NCBI GenBank assembly: GCA_052387215.1
Contig: JBQTJK010000040.1
Span: 2,530-66,529, forward strand
Reading direction: 5' to 3'
Length of the DNA stretch: 64,000 nucleotides
Source: Caulobacteraceae bacterium
Lineage (GTDB): Bacteria > Pseudomonadota > Alphaproteobacteria > Caulobacterales > Aquidulcibacteraceae
The position numbers and the translations under genes are program-made. Of the stretch, positions 17,305-24,339 are shown one piece after another (positions within the stretch are counted from its first letter, which is position 1; the number at the start of each line of letters is the position of its first letter). Under the pieces are notes generated by a model. It saw only the letters and a program-made list of their open reading frames with translations. It was not told the origin of the DNA and did not search any database.

Positions 17305-18387
17305 TTAGCCTCCAATGCCGTGAAAGATAAGCCAAGCACAAACCGCCGCGAACGGCAGCGTCGCCACCCAAGACGCCAACACAGTGCGCACGGCTCGCCA
17401 GTCGACGGTCCGCGCCTGGGCCCCAACGCCCGCGATCGCGCCAACTGACACGTGCGTCGTTGAGACCGGCAACGCAAACGCACTAGCGCTCAAGACTAAT
17501 GTCGCCGTGACAAGATTGGCGGTGAGACCTTGCGCGGGATCCAAGCGATTAAGGCGCAAGCTCATGGTCTCGGCGACGCGGCGCGAAAATAGGAACCCGC
17601 CCGCAACCATCGCCACCCCGGTCAGCACCGCGGGTCCCGCCCCGCCAAAGCCTTGCGCCACTAGAAGCAAAGCGGCGAGCTTGGGCGTGTCATTGGTGCT
17701 TCGGGCAAAGCATACAATTGCCGCCGACGCGATGTGCACGCGGTCGAGCACGGCGCCAGCGGCCACGCGCACCTGCGTCTCTAGCAAGCGATTGCAAACT
17801 TCAGCACTTGAGAAGGTAGCGCTCGCCCGCTGCATGCTCGGTGAGCGCGCTGCGGCCGTTGCCGCTGGTGCAAACTCGGCTTCACGGGTGACACACATGC
17901 AATCGCGTCCGCGCAGGCGCTCACCGGCGAGCCACTGCGCGACAAAGCCAAAGGCAGCCGAGACGATCGGGCTTAACAGGAGCGGCGCGACGAAGACCGC
18001 CGCGAGCGCGCCGAGATTGACATCGCCCGCGGCAAGCCCCGCTCCGAGCAATCCGCCGATGAGAGCGTGGGTGGTGGATATGGGCAACGCCGCCCGCGTA
18101 GCGGCCAGCACAGTGATGGCCGCGCCCGCTGCGACCGCGGCCAAGAAAGCTGGATCGGCGATGACCGCGTCGCCAACCAGGCCCTTGCCGGAAAACTGGC
18201 GGGTAAGGCCGCTCGCCAACACCACCGACACAACGCTACCCGCCGCCGTGGCGAAGCTCGCCCAGAGAAGCGCTGCGCGATAGCCGAGCGCGTTCGATCC
18301 CCAGACCGTGGCGAAGCCCTTGAAATTGTCATTGGCGCCGTTGGCGAACGCGAGGAACACACCTGCCGTGAGGATGAATATCTCCAT
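17305..18387 (-). CDS. Inorganic phosphate transporter, PiT family
   Basis: Signature motifs GANDNFKGFAT and (A)RSTNDTPK, PISTTHALIG, PVSTTHVSVG; many TM helices. Confidence 0.9.
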   Translation of the reverse strand: MEIFILTAGVFLAFANGANDNFKGFATVWGSNALGYRAALLWASFATAAGSVVSVVLASGLTRQFSGKGLVGDAVIADPAFLAAVAAGAAITVLAATRAALPISTTHALIGGLLGAGLAAGDVNLGALAAVFVAPLLLSPIVSAAFGFVAQWLAGERLRGRDCMCVTREAEFAPAATAAARSPSMQRASATFSSAEVCNRLLETQVRVAAGAVLDRVHIASAAIVCFARSTNDTPKLAALLLVAQGFGGAGPAVLTGVAMVAGGFLFSRRVAETMSLRLNRLDPAQGLTANLVTATLVLSASAFALPVSTTHVSVGAIAGVGAQARTVDWRAVRTVLASWVATLPFAAVCAWLIFHGIGG

Positions 18388-18448
18388 GATGCGCGCCGCC
18401 AGCTAATGGCGCGCGCCATGGGCGAGCGCTCCAGTATTCCCGAGAAAC

Positions 18449-18474
18449 TACGCGCGAGAGCAATCGGCGGATGC
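18449..18474 (-). promoter_or_regulatory. ECF-sigma-type promoter variant GCATCC-N16-CGTA for PiT-SRPBCC-GT2
   Basis: Minus strand: GCATCC gccgattgctctcgcg CGTA, 61 nt before ATG 18387. Confidence 0.55.
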
Positions 18475-18504
18475 AGAGGGGTCATCGACTCGCACGACTT
18501 GTGT

Positions 18505-18530
18505 GAAACCAAAGGCTGTCACCGCGCGTA
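18505..18530 (+). promoter_or_regulatory. ECF-sigma-type promoter GAAACC-N16-CGTA for msrB
   Basis: GAAACC aaaggctgtcaccgcg CGTA, 9 nt before ATG 18540. Confidence 0.7.
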
Positions 18531-18539
18531 CAAGCGCTC

Positions 18540-19028
18540 ATGGACCTCATGCGACGCGGCGCGCTTTCCGGCGCCCTGCTTGTCACAATGCTCGGGAGCG
18601 CGTCGGCGCAGACGCTGGATTTCTCCAGCGCGCCTGAACGGCGGTTAAGCGAACAAGAATGGCGCCGGCGCCTCACGTCCAGCGCCTATAACATTCTGCG
18701 GCGCCATCATACGGAGCTTCCTTTCTCGAGTCCGCTGAATGGCGAGCGGCGAGCGGGCGTCTATGCGTGCGGGGGCTGCGCCTTGCCGCTCTTCCAGTCA
18801 CATTGGAAGTACAATTCCGGGACCGGTTGGCCGAGTTTTTTTCAGGTCATAGACGGTCATGTCGGAACCCGCGTCGACCGCGGCTTCGCCATGGTGCGCA
18901 CCGAATATCATTGCGCCCGATGCCTCGGCCACCAGGGACACCTCTTCGATGACGGGCCTCGCCCAAGCCGTCTGCGTTACTGCAACAATGGCGCGGCTTT
19001 GAGCTTCACGCCCAACAGCGCAGACTAA
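18540..19028 (+). CDS. msrB: Peptide-methionine (R)-S-oxide reductase MsrB with export signal
   Basis: CxxC pairs (CGGC, CARC), SGTGWPSF, RTE, GHLFDDGP, RYCNNG. Confidence 0.95.
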   Translation: MDLMRRGALSGALLVTMLGSASAQTLDFSSAPERRLSEQEWRRRLTSSAYNILRRHHTELPFSSPLNGERRAGVYACGGCALPLFQSHWKYNSGTGWPSFFQVIDGHVGTRVDRGFAMVRTEYHCARCLGHQGHLFDDGPRPSRLRYCNNGAALSFTPNSAD

Positions 19029-19160
19029 AGGCGCTCGCACAGGCGCCGTTGCGGCGCGGTGCGGAGATTCGCATCACGGAACCCGCTTCGCGCGATGATC
19101 TACGCCTTCGCAGAGCGCGTACCTCAGCAGACGCCGTTTGCGCGTCCAGTGGAGGTCTTC

Positions 19161-19763
19161 ATGATCGCGAAAACATCAATCGCTGCTTTGGCTGCACTGA
19201 GTGCGGCTTTGTTGATCGGCGGCTGCACCATGCATGGGTCCGGCGACGGCGGGGCGAGCGCCGCAAGCGGCGAACGCAGTGTGACGGTTGGCGGCGCGCC
19301 CATGTATCCCTCGCGCAATATCGTCGAGAACGCCGTCAACTCCCGCGATCACACGACGCTCGTCGCCGCAGTCCAGGCGGCGGGCTTGGTGGAGACGTTA
19401 TCGGGGCCCGGCCCTTTCACCGTCTTTGCGCCGACAAATGCGGCGTTCGATAAACTCCCGCCCGGCACGGTGGACACCTTGGTCCAGCCCGCCAATCGCG
19501 CCACGCTGACGCGCATCCTGATCTATCATGTTGTCCCAGGGCGGCTGACGTCGGCGGACTTGGCGCAGCGCGTGCGCGCCGGCAACGGCCGCGCGGTGCT
19601 CACAACTGCGCAGGGCGCGACGCTCACGGTGACCCAATCAGGCAGCGGCGTAACTGTCACTGATGCAGCTGGTGGCGCGGCGACGGTCACTATCGCGGAC
19701 GTGCTTCAATCCAACGGCGTCATTCACGTCGTCGATACGGTGCTCATGCCGCCGCAAAGCTGA
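19161..19763 (+). CDS. Fasciclin (FAS1) domain lipoprotein
   Basis: GGAGG then ATG 19161; lipobox IGGC; GPFTVFAPTNAAF, YHVVPG, SNGVIHVVDTVLMP. Confidence 0.93.
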   Translation: MIAKTSIAALAALSAALLIGGCTMHGSGDGGASAASGERSVTVGGAPMYPSRNIVENAVNSRDHTTLVAAVQAAGLVETLSGPGPFTVFAPTNAAFDKLPPGTVDTLVQPANRATLTRILIYHVVPGRLTSADLAQRVRAGNGRAVLTTAQGATLTVTQSGSGVTVTDAAGGAATVTIADVLQSNGVIHVVDTVLMPPQS

Positions 19764-19779
19764 ACGGCGACAAACGGTA

Positions 19780-20000
19780 GATACTGTTGAAAAACTCCGA
19801 TTTCGGCGAGACGCGAAATTTTGCTTGCCTGCTGAACCGCATTGCGCATCATCGACACGAAGGGATCGCGGCAGATGCCGAAAATCTCGCCCAGGAGCTT
19901 CGTGGCGCGTTGGCGCCGGCTTCCAATGAGATCGCTCCCTTGCAAATTCAAATCGACGAAAATCAAGCGCCAGGCCGCAAGCGAGTTTTTCAACAGCATC
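19780..20000. mobile_element. 221-bp MITE or internally deleted IS with 18-bp terminal inverted repeats and a 4-bp target duplication
   Basis: GATACTGTTGAAAAACTC (19780-19797) and GAGTTTTTCAACAGCATC (19983-20000) are inverted at 17/18 positions; GGTA on both flanks (19776-19779, 20001-20004); no transposase. Confidence 0.75.
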
Positions 20001-20001
20001 G

Positions 20002-20029
20002 GTAGAGGGCGTTCGCTGACGCCCTCTAC
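20002..20029. repeat. GTAG-initiated perfect hairpin (REP-like; possible bidirectional terminator)
   Basis: GTAGAGGGCG-N8-CGCCCTCTAC between the convergent fasciclin and CMD genes. Confidence 0.55.
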
Positions 20030-20107
20030 GGTAGGCAATGCCATCACTGTCTGCGGGCACGCACGCGAACGCATCGAGGCAGCGGCAGCGCGAAACAACA
20101 CGTTAAG

Positions 20108-20715
20108 TTATGCGTCGCCTTCATCAGCGCCGTGTTTGCCTGGACGCCATGACACTGCACTCAGGCTCCGCCTCCCAGCGTCTTGCGCCGCCGGCTCGAT
20201 AACCGTGCCCATCCCATCGTTCCAGCGATTGAGGAACCCGAACAGGGAGATGACGCCCATCAGCTCGACCAACTCACCTTCGTCCCAATAGCCGCGAACC
20301 CGCGTGATCAGCGCGTCGTCAATGGAGCTTGGCTGTGTCGCGCCCGCCAGCGCCAGATCGAACGCGGCTTTTTCGGCATCGGTGAAGAAATCACTGTGCT
20401 GATAGCTCCAAAGCGCTTCGATCCGCGCTTGGCTTGCGCCAAATCGCTCCGCCGCCAGGCCGTATGGGCTTGACAATAGAGGCACCCGGCGGCTTGCGAT
20501 GCGATGAGCGCGACCAGCCGTTTCTGCTCGCTCGTGATCCTGCCATGATTGTCCATCACCGCCTTGTTGAGCGCGATGAAGGCGCGCGCGATTTCGGGCC
20601 GGCGCTGCATGGTGAGAACGCTGTTGGGCGGAAATCCCAATGTCGTATTGAAGAAGCGCGCGAGTTCGGCGGTTTCGGAATCTGCGCCAAGCGGCAGCGG
20701 ATCAACAAGCGGCAT
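20108..20715 (-). pseudogene. Carboxymuconolactone decarboxylase / AhpD-like protein with a one-base frameshift near 20460
   Basis: N-part ..ALIASQAAGCLYCQAHT (CxxCxxH); C-part LAAERFGAS..FTDAEKAA..ISLFGFLNRWND in the next frame; restoring one C (ACG GCC CTG) rejoins them; may be a sequencing error. Confidence 0.8.
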
Positions 20716-21031
20716 TTAACATGTCTCCGTTTCTGAGGTATCAAGCGCAGCGCTCCGCGTAGACAAGCTTCGATTTGGCCAATAGCGCGAAAGCGATCGA
20801 AGCGCGAAGCGCCGAGACGCGCGAGCCACGCGCGGCTCGGTTCACGAGAGCGCGTCCCGCGCGCGACAGCGCGCGGGTTCGCCCAAACGCCCAGCCCGAG
20901 CAACGCAACCGCTTGCCTTTCCGGTCAATCCGTGCTTCTTTTGTTCTCCGGGACCGTTTGGCCGAGCTACCGGCCATTCTCGTCGAGACATCAGCGCCCT
21001 CCATCTCATCCAACGAGAAGGCGCTGCTCGC

Positions 21032-21589
21032 ATGGGCCGGCTCTACCTCACCGCACGCGAATACGAAGCGCTGCTGAAAAAGCAGAACGGAACTTGCTGC
21101 GTCGAGGATTGCGAAGAGAGCGAAGACCTGATCGGCGAACACTCGACGCCCAGCACGTGGCGGCGCGCCAAGCCCGATCAGTTGATGTGCGCTAAGTGCC
21201 ACAAGGTCAAAACGCTCCGCGACATCAAGGCGATCTGGAAGGTGAAGCGCCTTAACGGCAAAGCGCTCTCGCAATACGAGCGGCGCAAGCGCTACGGCGC
21301 GCAAATGCGCGGTCCTCCACAAACCAGGAGCGCCGCCATGGAAGCGCTGATCGTTTCGCTCTTCGTCTTGGTCGCGATCGTCCTTCTGGAAGCCGGCTAT
21401 TGGATCGCGATCGCGTTGGCGCGTTGGGCCCCGGTCGTCGCCGCCGGCGCGCTCGCCGGTTGGCTGGCCGGGCGCTACGGCGCGGAGCCGCTCGAAGCCC
21501 TGGGCCTTGGCGTCCTCGTCTGCCTTGCCGCGCGTCATCTCATGAAGCCGCGCTGGCGCTACGATTATTCCAACGAGGATTGGCCATGA
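21032..21589 (+). CDS. Phage-type HNH-like Zn protein (about 100 aa) read in frame into a small membrane protein; probably two genes fused by a lesion
   Basis: KQNGTCCVEDC..IGEH..LMCAKCHKVKT; the second part starts MEALIVSL with its own AGGAG site at about 21327. Confidence 0.55.
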   Translation: MGRLYLTAREYEALLKKQNGTCCVEDCEESEDLIGEHSTPSTWRRAKPDQLMCAKCHKVKTLRDIKAIWKVKRLNGKALSQYERRKRYGAQMRGPPQTRSAAMEALIVSLFVLVAIVLLEAGYWIAIALARWAPVVAAGALAGWLAGRYGAEPLEALGLGVLVCLAARHLMKPRWRYDYSNEDWP

Positions 21590-21792
21590 GGCGCCAACGC
21601 TGGCCGACGCGGAAAGAACGCGAGCGCATGCGCGACGAGGTCGCCGAAGCCGGCGGGGTCAGCGCATGGATTCGCGCCGGCGCCTCGAAGCAATCACTCG
21701 CCGAGCAGCGCGTGCGCATGCTGTCGATGAACGCGCTCGCCAAGCACTTGGGACACGCTATCCCCTATCCCGAACTCGAAGAAGAGCGGTGA
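21586..21792 (+). CDS. Hypothetical protein (68 aa)
   Basis: ATGA overlap with the previous stop; MRRQRWPTRKERERMRDEV..; no family recognised. Confidence 0.45.
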   Translation: MRRQRWPTRKERERMRDEVAEAGGVSAWIRAGASKQSLAEQRVRMLSMNALAKHLGHAIPYPELEEER

Positions 21793-22007
21793 ACCCCGCC
21801 AACAGCGGGATCGACGCGTCCGGGAAACAATCAGTTCATAATGCAACGGCGCGAGCGCGCGTTTTCGCCTTCGATCCAGAGGTAGCAACACCAGGAAACA
21901 CCGACACGCTAGCCACCTTCGCGCATGTTCCGGGCGTGGAGCCCGCGGGCGTTCGTTAGAACCCCAGCGCCCAATTCCTCATCGGCGCACGGGTGAGGAC
22001 GGGGCGG

Positions 22008-22080
22008 TGGGCCCGCCTGGACTCGAACCAGGAACCAGACCGTTATGAGCGGCCGGCTCTAACCATTGAGCTACGGGCCC
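22008..22080 (-). tRNA. tRNA-Ile2 (anticodon CAU, lysidine-type); 3' end encoded as ACCG, so no complete CCA
   Basis: GGGCCCGTAGCTCAATGGTTAGAGCCGGCCGCTCATAACGGTCTGGTTCCTGGTTCGAGTCCAGGCGGGCCCA folds into a cloverleaf with a paired G1-C72 (not fMet); overall sequence fits Ile2 better than elongator Met. Confidence 0.9.
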
Positions 22081-22958
22081 CCAATAGTCGCCAAGCGCCG
22101 CATGTGCGTTGAGCCGGTCCCGGTCGTCAAGCCGGGATGATCTCAGCCAGGGGCACACTGGGAAAGCGCCGCATCGAGGAGGCGCGGACGCCGTTACGCG
22201 GCCCCCATTTCGCGGTCCGCCCGACGCGTCGTCTCAAGCTGCATCAGCCATCTGTCGCCTCAACTCGCGTCAATCGAACTGAACCCCTGGACCGCCCTCG
22301 ATCGCCTCACCGCTTCTTTCGCCATCTCACCTCCGGGTGCGGATGGCGTAAACCGCGAGCGACAAAGAGCTTTTCAAATTCTGGATTGCGCTCGATCAAA
22401 CGTCTCATTTCGTCGTAGTCAAAGTCGCGGGGCTCCGGGGACGCGGGTTCGCGCGTCTCGAAAAAAATGCGCCGTTGGTTCGGCGCTCATGACGCGAAAA
22501 CCCGCGTCCCCGCAGTCTGCTTTCACCGGGCCGCTCAACGGCGGTTTTTCACACCGTCCGGCGGTCCCCGATGGCGTGCGGGTTGCGCTGTTCACGCAAT
22601 CCCCGGTGCGTCCTCCCACAAGTTATGGCGCTCTGTGGGCTTCCCCTCCTACGCGCTTGCGCGCTTCGGAGCGTCACGCTCGACTGCCTCGCTCCGTCAT
22701 TGGTTCGAACAGGGATCCAACTGCTCTCCGGAACGAAACGATGGAGGCATTGTACACGCGTTTCAGCTGGGTCGGATTGAATCGCATCTATCCCCGCAAA
22801 TGGGAGCGCGAGCCTTCAGGCCCGCATGTGCGCTTGGTCTTGATATGCTTGCGGTAATGCGCGCCTGAAGGCGCGCGCTCCAGCCTTCATACGAGCGCGC
22901 TCAGGGGTCGGATCCGGCCACATCTATCCCCGCGTCTCGCGCCTGCTACAAACGGTCC

Positions 22959-23432
22959 ATGAAGAGCAATGCATCGGAAAAACTCCGCAACGCCGCGCCA
23001 GCGCGCGCCGAAGGGCGCTGCCTCTGCGGCGCGGTGGTGGTGGAAATCGGCGTGCCGGCGCGGTGGGCCTGGCACGATCACTCGGCGCCGACACGGCGGG
23101 CGCACGGGGCGGCGTATGCGACCTATGTCGGTACCTGGGCGAGCCGGTTTCGTTTCCTGCAAGGAGAGGACAATCTCACCTGCTATGAGGACAAGGAACG
23201 CGGCGGCGTCCGGAGCTTCTGCTCGACCTGCGGCTCGCCGGTGACCTTCCAGCGCAACAAGCAGAACGTGAACGTGCCGCGCGCGCTGTTCTTGAGCGGC
23301 GTCGGGCGCGAGCCGCGCTATCACATCGCCATCGATCAGCTGCGGGAATGGACGTATCTCGGCGAAAAGCTCGGGCCGCTGAGGGGATTTCCGGGCGTTG
23401 TGTGGACAGGCGGGCGGAAGAAGCGGGCGTGA
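22959..23432 (+). CDS. GFA/CENP-V family protein, variant metal motif
   Basis: GRCLCGAV and RSFCSTCGS present; the usual CxCxxC segment reads HDHSAPTRR. Confidence 0.8.
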   Translation: MKSNASEKLRNAAPARAEGRCLCGAVVVEIGVPARWAWHDHSAPTRRAHGAAYATYVGTWASRFRFLQGEDNLTCYEDKERGGVRSFCSTCGSPVTFQRNKQNVNVPRALFLSGVGREPRYHIAIDQLREWTYLGEKLGPLRGFPGVVWTGGRKKRA

Positions 23433-23513
23433 TGTCCGCAAATCGCCGAAGCAGTCACCGCATCTGCGGCGCTATTGCGTTGTGTTATGCTTGCGCTGAC
23501 GAGGGAGGAAGCT

Positions 23514-23690
23514 GTGGCCTTACTAAGCTGTCGCCATTGCGGAAAACAGGTCTCCAGCACCGCTCCCCTTTGCCCTTCTTGCGGGGGCACTTATCCAGGC
23601 GGCGTCATGCGCGCCAGCATCCCCGCATTCATACTAATGGGAATCTTCGCGGTAATCGCTCTCATCGTGTTCGCAATCGTGGCGCGCTGA
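23514..23690 (+). CDS. Small zinc-ribbon membrane protein
   Basis: GGAGG then GTG 23514; ALLSCRHCGKQVSSTAPLCPSCG followed by one TM helix. Confidence 0.7.
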   Translation: MALLSCRHCGKQVSSTAPLCPSCGGTYPGGVMRASIPAFILMGIFAVIALIVFAIVAR

Positions 23691-23770
23691 GCAGACGCTA
23701 CCGCGACGCTTCTGAATGCTCGCTTCAGGATTGGCCGGTTGGTCCTCACCGGTTCAGACCACAATCGGTT

Positions 23771-24135
23771 TCATGCAGCCCGATCGGCCGCGTCCGCGCT
23801 GAAGATCGCGACGATGTAGCGCTTGAGGACATAAGGCCACGGGATGACGATCAGATCAAAGGGCGGAACCTTCCCGCTGATTTGCTCCGCGTAGGCTTCG
23901 CGACAGATGTTGGTTTGCGAGATGACATTACTCGCCGCGCTCCAAACGCCTGGAAGGCCGGCCCCACTAAGTCGCTCGCACTCAGTTGACGGTCCGACAG
24001 AGCGTCGACCAGCAGGCCCCAGCCGATCTCCGGCGGCTGACCGACCGTCACGTCGAGAGCGTTGGCCGGCGTAGGTTGAAGCAGCAAAGCGACCGCGAGC
24101 GCGGCCGATGTCGTGAGCTTGCGCAGCGATGTCAT
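23771..24135 (-). pseudogene. Exported hypothetical protein (about 120 aa) with an apparent one-base frameshift near 23935
   Basis: GGAG then ATG 24135; signal peptide MTSLRKLTTSAALAVALLLQPTPANA; GC3-rich coding style continues in the shifted frame AASNVISQTNICREAYAEQISGKVPPFDLIVIPWPYVLKRYIVAIF..*. Confidence 0.45.
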
Positions 24136-24339
24136 AATCAGCTCCCCAGAAGCCTCCGCCGGTGTGCGCCCCTCAGCGTCTCGCCGCATCACCAAAGCGT
24201 CCGCGGCGCGAGCCGGGCGCGCGTAACTTGCGCTACGTTGCGCGACATCCACATCCCGCCGGGCGCGGCGCAGATTGCGTTTATCAGAGATGGAAGATCC
24301 GTCCTCTCTGGCGTCAAGAATGGGCAACTAGCAGACGCT

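Noticed and set aside
19078-19103. GGAACC-type general-stress promoter before the fasciclin gene
   Set aside because: The -10 position reads CTAC, not CGTT or CGTA; the TGATCT-N16-CGTA candidate fits better
22008-22080. tRNA-Met or tRNA-fMet call for the CAU tRNA
   Set aside because: Paired first base pair and no GGG/CCC anticodon stem exclude fMet; overall sequence fits Ile2 better than elongator Met, though this was not scored with a model
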